The position numbers were made by a program, and so were the translations under genes. The notes under the pieces are model-generated. The model saw only the letters and a program-made list of their open reading frames with translations, did not search any database and was not told the DNA's origin. A stretch of 63,496 nucleotides of DNA from a virus (lineage: Duplodnaviria; Caudoviricetes). Positions 8,567 to 16,771 of the stretch are shown here, one piece after another (position 1 is the stretch's first letter; each line of letters begins with the position of its first letter). The stretch is from positions 1 through 63,496 of the IMG/VR virus record IMGVR_UViG_3300012920_000036; one strand, given 5' to 3'.

Positions 8567-9372
8567 AGTGGGCATACGAGTACGTCCTCGATGTCGCTAA
8601 AGGCGAGGAGTGCCTGCTTGAGGAGAACGTCAGTTATGAACGTGACGGTGAAGTTCTTTACAGCGGATACGCCGACGTGATCGTTGGCAACCACATCCTA
8701 GATTACAAGGAATCATCTGAAGGCTACTACCGCCCACAGCTAAACGGATATGCGGCTGCGTGGATGCAGAAAACATTTAAAGAGGAACTGACGTGCCATG
8801 TCCTTTACGGACAAACCCAACGCGCCGATGTGTGGACAATCACCGCTGATGAAGCCGATGAATATGTCACATCAATTTTTGAGATAGTTAATTCAGAAAA
8901 CAAAACGCCGACAGCAAATGAGTACTGCAAGTGGTGTGCAAATTTATCCGGTTGCAGCGGTGTTAATGAACTCATGGTCAGCGCAATCCAAGAAGGTTTA
9001 ATAGTAAACTTCGATTGCCCAGAAAGATTATCCGCAGCCAAGAAGCTCGTTCCAATTTTCAAGGCGTGGATAGACGGCGTGGACAAGCTGACCAAATCCA
9101 CACTTGAAAGCGGAGGCGAGGTTCCTGGCTACAGGCTATCGGAACGCAACGGTAGACAATTTGTAAGTAACGATTTTTTTGCAGAGGTGGCAATGCAAAG
9201 CACCGTTAGGAATTACGACATCACAAAAGTTTTGGAACAATGCAGCATCACAGTTCCTAAAGCCAAGGCGTTGTTTAAGGACATAACTGGAAATGATTTA
9301 CCGCAGGAGTTTTTGCCAAGGAGCAATAAGACTTTTGCCGTATTAGCAGATAAGACTAAAAAAATAGATTAG
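8521..9372 (+). CDS. C-terminal part of Cas4-like/DUF2800 PD-(D/E)XK exonuclease
   Basis: E...GYAD...ILDYK, QLxxYA, CKWC-x5-C, G.EVPGY.L. Confidence 0.8.
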   Translation: MLPNRTMQSAPNTGVEWAYEYVLDVAKGEECLLEENVSYERDGEVLYSGYADVIVGNHILDYKESSEGYYRPQLNGYAAAWMQKTFKEELTCHVLYGQTQRADVWTITADEADEYVTSIFEIVNSENKTPTANEYCKWCANLSGCSGVNELMVSAIQEGLIVNFDCPERLSAAKKLVPIFKAWIDGVDKLTKSTLESGGEVPGYRLSERNGRQFVSNDFFAEVAMQSTVRNYDITKVLEQCSITVPKAKALFKDITGNDLPQEFLPRSNKTFAVLADKTKKID

Positions 9373-9373
9373 T

Positions 9374-9772
9374 ATGAGTAACTACAACAGAACGGTGTTA
9401 ACCGGACACCTCACAAGCAAACCGGAAACCAAGGAACTGCCAAGCGGAACTACGGTTACAGAATGTGACATAGCTGTTAACAAGTCATGGAAGGACAAGA
9501 GTGGCGAGTGGCAGGAGAAGGTAAGTTTTGTTCCGTGCAAAATATGGGGTGAGCGTGGGCCAGCTATTGCTGAACGATTCGACAAGGGACAACACGTTCT
9601 GATCGAAGGCGAGATCGAGATGGATAGCTGGGATGACAAGGAGACGGGCAAGAAAAGAACAAAGCTATCCATCATCATTACAAAGATGCTGAAGCTGGGA
9701 AGGCTTGGAGGAGGCGAACCAAACGAGGCTCCTAAAGCTGCACCGAAAAAAGACGACGACGTACCTTTCTAA
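9374..9772 (+). CDS. ssb: Single-stranded DNA-binding protein
   Basis: OB-fold motifs; acidic DDDVPF tail. Confidence 0.95.
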   Translation: MSNYNRTVLTGHLTSKPETKELPSGTTVTECDIAVNKSWKDKSGEWQEKVSFVPCKIWGERGPAIAERFDKGQHVLIEGEIEMDSWDDKETGKKRTKLSIIITKMLKLGRLGGGEPNEAPKAAPKKDDDVPF

Positions 9773-9789
9773 TTTGCCTGTAAATAAAA

Positions 9790-10113
9790 ATGATTCATCT
9801 GGTGATACAGGGGCATGGTCACATCATAAATTTCAAGAACTGCAAAGCTTGTTGGAGGAATATGTTGGTCACAGTCCCAAAGGCAAAAAACCAGATGAAG
9901 GCGATAGTGCAAGATTTCGTGTCACAATTGATCTCCTTGTATCAGACAACCGACGCCGCGACCCAGACGGGGCAATCAATACAATCATGGATTGCCTCGT
10001 CTCTGCCGTCCGACGATTCGGTGAGGGAGATCGACCAAATACTCGTTCGCGTAAAGCGAGTTCCAAAAGGAAAAGAGGGAGCAATCATAACGCTAAATAA
10101 AATCAACCAATGA
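9790..10113 (+). CDS. RusA-related protein (central catalytic motif lies in the -1 frame)
   Basis: N-terminal FKN and C-terminal DDS..I...EGAIITL resemble RusA; RRRDPDG...DCL appears in the overlapping frame. Confidence 0.6.
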   Translation: MIHLVIQGHGHIINFKNCKACWRNMLVTVPKAKNQMKAIVQDFVSQLISLYQTTDAATQTGQSIQSWIASSLPSDDSVREIDQILVRVKRVPKGKEGAIITLNKINQ

Positions 10114-10117
10114 ATTT

Positions 10118-10312
10118 AGCCCCACCCGTTCATAGTACAGATCAAATCAGACGAGCTTGGTTCCGCACGTCTGCCATTTGTTTTTTGGTGTTTTCCAAAT
10201 GGTTAAGGGTGGTCTGTGGGTGGGGCTATCAATTTAGTGGAACAACCCAGCGCCGTTGCTGGACGCCACTAAACCCCATGCAGGGGGCGGCTAATCCATC
10301 CTGCATGGGGAT
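10118..10312 (+). ncRNA. Putative structured RNA: one multibranch domain plus two hairpins
   Basis: AGCCCCACCC/GGGTGGGGCT enclosing ACAGATCA/TGGTCTGT, CAGACG/CGTCTG, CCATTTG/CAAATGG; then TTAGTGG/CCACTAA and CCCCATGCAGG/CCTGCATGGGG. Confidence 0.5.
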
Positions 10313-10328
10313 ATAATTTTTTTTAATC

Positions 10329-10691
10329 ATGGACGACAAAAACAAAACTACAACAGATAGTGGCCAAGATTTAATCGAATTGAACGGCCAAATGGTAAAC
10401 GAAACCCTTGCAAAAAAAGAAGTTAGGGAGTCGTTTAATTTAATGGCTCATCTTGCTAATGGCGCTTCAGTTCGCGACTTGCCCAGAATCGTTGACAAGA
10501 CGGATTTGAATGAAGATGACAAGTTCATCATTGCGGCTCTTGTCGTGACCTGTAATGCGTTCTGCTACGACATAGCAGGCGAACCTAAAGCAGATGAGAT
10601 TCTCGGCGGCACAGAGGGGTGGCAACTCCTGCGCGAGGCTCTAAACGCTGTTCAGCCACAGGAGGAGGCAGAGGGGGATGTCGGCAACTAA
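10329..10691 (+). CDS. Hypothetical protein
   Basis: ORF track. Confidence 0.65.
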   Translation: MDDKNKTTTDSGQDLIELNGQMVNETLAKKEVRESFNLMAHLANGASVRDLPRIVDKTDLNEDDKFIIAALVVTCNAFCYDIAGEPKADEILGGTEGWQLLREALNAVQPQEEAEGDVGN

Positions 10692-11529
10692 TTGCCTATT
10701 TCAATTCTGGACGTGGCGAAGGAACGGCATCGAATTCAAACCGACTGACTGCGACCTGTACTACTGCCTTTTAGACAGTAGCGTCAGGTTTGGTGGAGGG
10801 GAATTTACCCTCTCAAATAAGTGGCTGATGAACTTGCTGGGCGTATCACTTCGCCAGCTTCAGCTATCGCGTGAACGACTACACGATCAAGGTCTGATCT
10901 CGTACAAAAACGGGTCACAGACCAGTACTCCGAGATACGAAATCAACGACATCTCAGAGGTCAAACATCCCGACCAATTACGGGCTAGTAGTACTATCCA
11001 AAGTGCTGATCAAAGTACTGTCCAAAGTAGTACCCAAAGTACTGATGGAAGTACTGATCAAAGTAGTGAAACGTCAACAAAGTTGGTTAAAAAGAAAAGT
11101 AAAAGTAAAAATAAAAAATATATAGATATCTTTGTAGACCGAACACTACTCCCAGAAAGCCTCAGAGGAGATGAAACGGTCAAAGCGTTGAAAGGTTATC
11201 TGGAACATCGCAGGGCTAAAGGCGCTAAGAATTACACCGATCAAGGACTGGACAAGTTGCTGAAGCTTTTAACCGGCTGGGAATCTGAATCAGCCGGTAA
11301 AGCGGCGGCTAGTCTCGATCACTCGGTTTTAAACAACTGGGTGGGTTGTTTTGAGAAAAAGGATTTCGGGGTAGCTCTTCCGGCAAAAACTAAAAACAAA
11401 ATACCCTCATGGAAACTCGATGAAGTCATAGGCGGCTTACAGGACGAGCTTCTTCGTACACACAGCAAGGAAGAGAGGGAAAGAATCTCCCTTCAGATCA
11501 AGGAATTAAAAGCTCAACGAGATGACTAA
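10678..11529 (+). CDS. Replication initiator (lambda O/DnaD-like)
   Basis: N-terminal wHTH, internal repeat linker, 'NNWVGCF' C-domain; immediately upstream of DnaB. Confidence 0.8.
   Translation: MSATNCLFQFWTWRRNGIEFKPTDCDLYYCLLDSSVRFGGGEFTLSNKWLMNLLGVSLRQLQLSRERLHDQGLISYKNGSQTSTPRYEINDISEVKHPDQLRASSTIQSADQSTVQSSTQSTDGSTDQSSETSTKLVKKKSKSKNKKYIDIFVDRTLLPESLRGDETVKALKGYLEHRRAKGAKNYTDQGLDKLLKLLTGWESESAGKAAASLDHSVLNNWVGCFEKKDFGVALPAKTKNKIPSWKLDEVIGGLQDELLRTHSKEERERISLQIKELKAQRDD
10990..11130. repeat. Iteron-like 12-bp tandem repeats (AGTACTGATCAA consensus, 6-7 copies) plus A-rich tract; probable replication origin
   Basis: Units at 10990, 11002, 11014, 11026, 11038, 11050, 11062, followed by AAAAGAAAAGTAAAAGTAAAAATAAAAAATATATA. 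Confidence 0.75.
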
Positions 11530-12868
11530 TCGCCAGCCACCAAGAAGTGATGAAGCAGAAAAGGGTTTCCTTGGCTGCATTCTTCTCGGTGCTATGGACG
11601 AAGCTGTCGCGCTTGAGCCGAAGGTTTCAGAGGAATGGTTCGCTGATCACAAGCATCAGCTTCTATGGGAATCATTCATCTCCATGATGAATGCGAATAA
11701 GCCGGTGGATATCCAGACACTTGTTCACTATCTGGGAGAGAAAAAGACTTTAAGCAAGATAGGTGGGCCGTCCTACCTCACAGAGCTACAGGATTCCACT
11801 CCTAGCGCATTTAATCTCCAGTACTGGTACGACATCCTAAAGGAAAAGAAATTCGCTAGAAGGGCTATTAGCGGGGCAACACGGATACTTGACGCAGCGT
11901 ACATGGATACCACCGCACTTGACCTAGTTGTCAACGAGGTGGAAAACGAAATATTCTCTCTATCCAACGAAGCAGAATCCAAAGAGGAAACGCAGCAGGA
12001 TTCGCTCATCCGCATCGCCGGTAACATGGAGAAAGCCGCAGCCGGTGAGTCTGTCCAAACCGGCATCCGCACACACTTTCCAGACTTCGATCATTACACC
12101 GGAGGATTACACGCCGGCCAGCTAATCATTATCGCTGCCAGACCAGGAATTGGTAAGACATCGTTCGCCCTCAATATCGCCAGCAATCTACTTTTCCCAG
12201 CTTACGGCGACCCTACTCCTGTCGGCATATTCTCCCTTGAGATGACCCGCGATCAACTCAACACCCGCATGATAGGTGGCTTGTGCAAAGTCAACATGCG
12301 CCGAGTCATGCAAGCCAAAAGCAGGCTCACCCTTGAGCAGCAAAAGAAAATGGCGGAGATCATCCCCACGCTAATGAAGTCACCTCTCGTCATCGATGAC
12401 AGGGGAGGCATCAACATTAACCAAATCTTTTCCCGCGCCAGACGCATGGTTCGTAAGGAGAAAGTCAAAGTCATATTCATCGACTACCTCCAACTGGTTC
12501 GTGGGCCAAAAGGAATCGACAAAAAGAATTATGAAGTAGGTTACGTCTCTGAAACTCTCAAGGCTATGGCCAAGGAACTCAACGTCGTTGTCGTGGCACT
12601 CGCTCAGATGTCGCGCACCTTTGAATCACAAGATCGTCGCCCACGACTTTCAGACCTAAAGGACAGCGGCAACCTAGAGCAGGACGCTGATGTTGTCGGC
12701 TTCCTATACCCCCATAACCCAGAGGAATCTCACGACGCAAACATCGTACCGGCTCGACTGGATCTTGCCAAAGTTCGCGAAGGAGAATCCGGCTCAATCT
12801 GCGACTTAACTTTCTTCAAGGAATACACCCTCTTTGAATCTGCACCTAAATTTCCTGACTACGAATAA
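11522..12868 (+). CDS. dnaB: Replicative DNA helicase, DnaB family
   Basis: AARPGIGKT, FSLEM, IDYLQL, LAQMSR, DLKDSGNLEQDAD. Confidence 0.97.
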   Translation: MTNRQPPRSDEAEKGFLGCILLGAMDEAVALEPKVSEEWFADHKHQLLWESFISMMNANKPVDIQTLVHYLGEKKTLSKIGGPSYLTELQDSTPSAFNLQYWYDILKEKKFARRAISGATRILDAAYMDTTALDLVVNEVENEIFSLSNEAESKEETQQDSLIRIAGNMEKAAAGESVQTGIRTHFPDFDHYTGGLHAGQLIIIAARPGIGKTSFALNIASNLLFPAYGDPTPVGIFSLEMTRDQLNTRMIGGLCKVNMRRVMQAKSRLTLEQQKKMAEIIPTLMKSPLVIDDRGGININQIFSRARRMVRKEKVKVIFIDYLQLVRGPKGIDKKNYEVGYVSETLKAMAKELNVVVVALAQMSRTFESQDRRPRLSDLKDSGNLEQDADVVGFLYPHNPEESHDANIVPARLDLAKVREGESGSICDLTFFKEYTLFESAPKFPDYE

Positions 12869-12871
12869 TGT

Positions 12872-13282
12872 ATGCTGGCGGACGAATTTCCACTCATCGA
12901 AGATCAATGCAGGATGTTAGTTCTGATGGTGATTCTTCGGGCAGTAGAGGACTACCAACTGTGCGTGTCATCCGGTTATATCCGTGGAAACTCCGTCGAT
13001 ACCTCCAAGATATATCACAATTTCAAAACCAACACCGGCAGACTCGGACTAGGTCTAAGCGAACCCTGTGACATACAATCACTCATATCTTTTTTTCACG
13101 GGGAAGGTCTTGAAAACCTCCTTGAAGTCGCAAGCCTCAACGTCGATGCCGACTGCGTCAAACGCGCCTTACACCTCCCATACGGCTCAATCTCAGGCGC
13201 TTTCTTTGGAACAGTCGAAAGTAACTTCACCCAATGTGGAAACTACTCAACAACCTACCCAGACCCAGAAATCAATTTTTAG
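12872..13282 (+). CDS. Hypothetical phage protein
   Basis: ORF track; 'VILRAVEDY' motif. Confidence 0.6.
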   Translation: MLADEFPLIEDQCRMLVLMVILRAVEDYQLCVSSGYIRGNSVDTSKIYHNFKTNTGRLGLGLSEPCDIQSLISFFHGEGLENLLEVASLNVDADCVKRALHLPYGSISGAFFGTVESNFTQCGNYSTTYPDPEINF

Positions 13283-13286
13283 CACT

Positions 13287-13628
13287 ATGGAAATAGAACA
13301 ACTACAAAACCAAATCGTATCCGCCCTCGAAATCAAAACCGACATGGGAAAGGAAGCTGTCCATGTGTTCCTAGAATGCATGAGTCTCCTAGACAAAAAG
13401 CAACAGGACTACGGCTCCAGTAATATCGCCCCATCCAAGGACGTTGATTTCAATCTGCTAGGCGTGTCCTTCCGCACCAATGACAAAGTGCAAAGGGCAT
13501 TCAATCTCATCAAAACCAAAATGAGAGAAGGCGGTGAGCCAAACAATGAGTCTCTGGAAGACACATTCAAGGACACCGTAAACTACGGAGTCATCTCCAC
13601 TCTAGTTCACAGGGGGATTTGGAAATAA
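13287..13628 (+). CDS. Nucleotide-modification-associated domain protein (DUF1599/Nmad1-like)
   Basis: KQQDYG..NI...R..DK..R..NL...ESLEDT..D..NY; start moved to ATG 13287. Confidence 0.75.
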   Translation: MEIEQLQNQIVSALEIKTDMGKEAVHVFLECMSLLDKKQQDYGSSNIAPSKDVDFNLLGVSFRTNDKVQRAFNLIKTKMREGGEPNNESLEDTFKDTVNYGVISTLVHRGIWK

Positions 13629-13807
13629 GTTACTGGGTGGAAAAAGCACAAGCTGAAATTCGTTGGAGGAAATACGCAGAAGAATGCCTTGCAAATCCAA
13701 AAGCAACAGAGTCAGAAATCAAATGCGCCATTCTCGGAATACAATGCTTCGACAAGGAACTAGCCAAAAAATTGGAAGCCAAGAAACCTTACAAGCTAAA
13801 GATATAA
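13619..13807 (+). CDS. Hypothetical protein
   Basis: ORF track. Confidence 0.5.
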   Translation: MEISYWVEKAQAEIRWRKYAEECLANPKATESEIKCAILGIQCFDKELAKKLEAKKPYKLKI

Positions 13808-13864
13808 TCATCATGGATGAAGAGGATGCCATCGCTTACGAACTAGCCAAACAAAGGGAAAACA

Positions 13865-14005
13865 ATGTGGGATGAATATGACTGCATCGACCCTGAGTGG
13901 GATGATGAATGCAGAGACTGCGGACGTACTTTTACGAACCAAGGTCTGCACGGAATCGAATGCCCACATTGCGAAGAAGAAAACGACGAGGAGGAAGAGG
14001 AATGA
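13865..14005 (+). CDS. Small acidic zinc-ribbon protein (46 aa)
   Basis: Translated by hand: CRDC...CPHC; ATGA overlap with the next gene. Confidence 0.55.
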   Translation: MWDEYDCIDPEWDDECRDCGRTFTNQGLHGIECPHCEEENDEEEEE

Positions 14006-14316
14006 TGGATGTATGGGTTACCCGCATTGAATGGCTGAATGAGGATTCTAAACTACCAAACCCAAGCGCGGAGGAACCATTAAAAATAAGCGTGAAGAAT
14101 ACCGCTGCCCTTCGCGGCACACTACAGGATATATACCAATCAACAGTAGGAGAGTTCCTGTACAGAACCTACGAACCAGGAAGCACCGTTCCAGATTGGA
14201 TAGGTAAAGTGACCGGCTATGAGTGGAATGAACTAATAGCCGAAGCCAAAGAAAAAAACCTTAACAAGGAACAACAACAAGCCAACATTGATAAACTAAG
14301 AAAGAAATATGAGTAA
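14002..14316 (+). CDS. Hypothetical protein
   Basis: ORF track 13909..14316, start moved to ATG 14002. Confidence 0.55.
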   Translation: MMDVWVTRIEWLNEDSKLPNPSAEEPLKISVKNTAALRGTLQDIYQSTVGEFLYRTYEPGSTVPDWIGKVTGYEWNELIAEAKEKNLNKEQQQANIDKLRKKYE

Positions 14317-14536
14317 CGAAAACACGACGGACAAAATGTCTCTGGGTCATTCCAGAAATACATATGATGACAACTCTTTTGAGCAAGCCCACAAAGATGG
14401 AAACATCAGACAATCCATGCTTGGGAAATACACCAACTACATGAAAGGGGCTGTTCATTGCTGGCTTGATAAGCCAGCCGGTTCAAATAAAACCAAAGCC
14501 ACCAACCGGCAAAAACCAAGGAAGAGGAGGAAGTAA
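14309..14536 (+). CDS. Hypothetical protein with basic tail
   Basis: ORF track. Confidence 0.55.
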   Translation: MSNENTTDKMSLGHSRNTYDDNSFEQAHKDGNIRQSMLGKYTNYMKGAVHCWLDKPAGSNKTKATNRQKPRKRRK

Positions 14537-15066
14537 TGCCTAACTACACTAAAATACAAACGTATTTAAGTACACACGACGGGGAGAAGCTGGAAGAGGA
14601 AGCTACAAGAAAGGACACTTCCGTCGAAAAACTGGTCAACTCAATTATACAAAACCACTTAGATGGGGTTGAGAGAGGTGACATGTTCCACAAATTCTTG
14701 GGGGTAAGCCCAAACAAAGATGGCGGCTACACCACAAACAAGGCGTTCATCAAACACTCAATTAAACTTAACAGAGAAATAGCCAATGCTTGGGAAGGCG
14801 CACTAAACAACATGGAAGATGATAAAATAAAAACCAACTACAAGGTAAATTGGAGTAAAGAGATTTGGGAAACCGATATCGCTGAAATCCACAAGTCAGC
14901 AAAAAAAATCGGTGTTTCAACACAAGACTACATAAGCCACCTACTCGATCAACTTAACGAATTAAAAGTCAATTTCATTGCATCGGATGAGGATGAAAAC
15001 CGGAAACCTTCAGACACCTCATCAGACAGCAACTCAGACACTAATCAGACGCAGGATAGCCAATGA
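14536..15066 (+). CDS. Hypothetical protein with two possible RHH-like segments
   Basis: IQTYL...SVEKLVNSII and YKVNW...STQDYISHLL patterns. Confidence 0.55.
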   Translation: MPNYTKIQTYLSTHDGEKLEEEATRKDTSVEKLVNSIIQNHLDGVERGDMFHKFLGVSPNKDGGYTTNKAFIKHSIKLNREIANAWEGALNNMEDDKIKTNYKVNWSKEIWETDIAEIHKSAKKIGVSTQDYISHLLDQLNELKVNFIASDEDENRKPSDTSSDSNSDTNQTQDSQ

Positions 15067-15143
15067 ATACAGGGGTTAAGTGACTCCTTAAACAAAAGCC
15101 TCAGACACCTTTTCAGACAGCTATCCAGACACAAATCGGAAAC
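15010..15143. repeat. Two clusters of four TCAGACAC-like direct repeats around a TTAAG-N6-CTTAA inverted repeat
   Basis: Units at 15010/15022/15034/15045 and 15101/15113/15125/15136 (12,12,11-bp spacing in both clusters). Confidence 0.7.
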
Positions 15144-15147
15144 CTAA

Positions 15148-15411
15148 ATGAAACAAAACGACCAAGTGTTCAACGTCCCAGTCCGCTATGACGTTGAGGA
15201 ACAACGGGAAATAGTAGCCAAGGTCACCCTCGATTGGAGGCAGATGAGAGAGATCGTCGAGAACTTTTTCAATTACATGTGCTACGAAGAACGAATGATG
15301 TGGATACATCAAAACGTAAAAAAAAAACCACGACAGTTAAGCCCACAAGAACAAAGAAAAATTGATCTATGGGAAAAGACGAGAAAGCTACGTCGTGCTA
15401 AAGAAATCTAA
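15148..15411 (+). CDS. Hypothetical protein
   Basis: ORF track. Confidence 0.55.
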   Translation: MKQNDQVFNVPVRYDVEEQREIVAKVTLDWRQMREIVENFFNYMCYEERMMWIHQNVKKKPRQLSPQEQRKIDLWEKTRKLRRAKEI

Positions 15412-15616
15412 CATCTCTCGCAGAGCGAAACCCACCAAAGCATCCTGCTTCGTCTGCGATCACCCCAAAGAATGCCACCATTACGACAAATCCGTGGACG
15501 CTCACCTCTGTAAAGACTGCTGGCAAATCGCCCTCGCCATAGACTCCTACCTAGCACTACCAAAATTTGAACTCAGACACCCCGACCCCAACGAATTCCC
15601 GCCGAATTACAGGTAA
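15362..15616 (+). CDS. Hypothetical zinc-finger protein
   Basis: CFVC...LCKDC; start uncertain. Confidence 0.5.
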   Translation: MIYGKRRESYVVLKKSNISRRAKPTKASCFVCDHPKECHHYDKSVDAHLCKDCWQIALAIDSYLALPKFELRHPDPNEFPPNYR

Positions 15617-15893
15617 ACGAATCAGATCGTCCACCTATTGCAAACATATCGCCAAAAAACTTGGCGTTCCCCTCGATGTCGTCCGATCTGTCATCCAATA
15701 TCACAACCACCTAGTAGCTCAGTCCCTCATCGACGGTAAATCTGTCACCATATCCAACATAGGTACACTTCACACACTACCTTACCCCAAACGTGTACTC
15801 AAAAACGGCGTTGTTCGCGAGAAATCCACAAGAGTTAAGCTACGAACCAACCAGCGCCTTCAGAATCTCCTGAGAGAACAAGCCAGACGGTGA
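15567..15893 (+). CDS. HU/IHF-like DNA-binding protein
   Basis: IAKKLGV...V...L.DGKSVTISNIGTL...RVKLR. Confidence 0.7.
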   Translation: MNSDTPTPTNSRRITGKRIRSSTYCKHIAKKLGVPLDVVRSVIQYHNHLVAQSLIDGKSVTISNIGTLHTLPYPKRVLKNGVVREKSTRVKLRTNQRLQNLLREQARR

Positions 15894-15905
15894 TATACTA
15901 CCGTA

Positions 15906-16166
15906 GTGGCCCACATTAATGTCCATATTTTCGGACTAGAAGCAGAATGTTTGGCTTCCGAATGGGAAGACAGCTATTGCACCAACAGGGACTATATTGA
16001 TGTTGTGGCCACAGCTACTTTTTACATCGATGAAGATGAACCCAGAGATATTCACGCCGATCTAGCCGCCAATGCCAACAGCAAATTAGCTGAACCTCTG
16101 GTTTATAAGTGGGTTGATGACTGTCGTGACCAATATATCGAGATGATGAACCGACCAAGACGCTAA
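15906..16166 (+). CDS. Hypothetical acidic protein
   Basis: ORF track, GTG start. Confidence 0.5.
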   Translation: MAHINVHIFGLEAECLASEWEDSYCTNRDYIDVVATATFYIDEDEPRDIHADLAANANSKLAEPLVYKWVDDCRDQYIEMMNRPRR

Positions 16167-16537
16167 TCTCCCCACCCAACGTCCTCATCACTCAAGCCAT
16201 TCTCGTCTGCCCAGCATTTTCCACCGAAAATTACCTTGTAAGGCATGTAACACCCACACCCAGCACCATGTCCCGTGTACGGACGACACCGCTTCATAGC
16301 TTTATCGTACACAATACACCCTCCACACCCCCGCATCTTACGGAAAAACTCTCTACGGCTAATCCTACGGCCTGTAATGAGCGTTTTTAGGATGTCCTTC
16401 GCCAGATACATGCGCTGTTTCCACGTCAACTGACCAAACTCCACGCGCATAACATCAGTCCATCCCTCAAATCTACGGAATATAAACCGGACAAATCCCA
16501 TATGGGGGTATTTTAGCCACCCCTGTATATGAGACAC
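16163..16537 (-). CDS. Cys-rich hypothetical protein (CxxC...C...CGC...C)
   Basis: ORF track; lone reverse-strand gene with a metal-binding pattern. Confidence 0.6.
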   Translation of the reverse strand: MSHIQGWLKYPHMGFVRFIFRRFEGWTDVMRVEFGQLTWKQRMYLAKDILKTLITGRRISRREFFRKMRGCGGCIVYDKAMKRCRPYTGHGAGCGCYMPYKVIFGGKCWADENGLSDEDVGWGD

Positions 16538-16650
16538 GGGGTTTTTTTAGGGGGAGGGGGTTGGAAATCGAAAAATGACCGAAAGTTGAGAAGAGAGGTA
16601 TATATATATTCCAGGCGCTAAAGCAAAACCCCCCTCGCCCCCCTGCCTGG
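16537..16650. other. Candidate genome terminus or packaging region
   Basis: G-runs, (TA)n and C-runs; divergent gene boundary; C-rich to G-rich shift on the + strand seen by eye. Confidence 0.4.
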
Positions 16651-16663
16651 TCTTGGTCCTGCC

Positions 16664-16692
16664 TGTCACCTTAAACAATGAAAGGTGACAAT
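16664..16692. promoter_or_regulatory. Inverted pair of TGTCACCTT operator-like motifs just upstream of TTGACA (16699)
   Basis: TGTCACCTTA-AACAATG-AAAGGTGACAAT. Confidence 0.65.
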
Positions 16693-16771
16693 CGCCTTTT
16701 GACACATAGTAACGGGGCGGCATCGAACCAAAAAAACCGCCTCAATATCGAAATAAATAGATAAAAATAAC

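Noticed and set aside
10110-10316. 68-aa ORF after rusA
   Set aside because: Coincides exactly with strong stems and has no protein features, though its ATGA overlap means it cannot be fully excluded
13068-13286. 5' extension of the DUF1599-like ORF as a dual-coding region
   Set aside because: Ser/Thr/Gln low-complexity read-through of the upstream gene's other frame; ATG 13287 is the plausible start
15010-15143. CRISPR mini-array
   Set aside because: Repeats are 8 bp with 3-4 bp gaps and no spacers; the Cas4-like gene belongs to the recombination module
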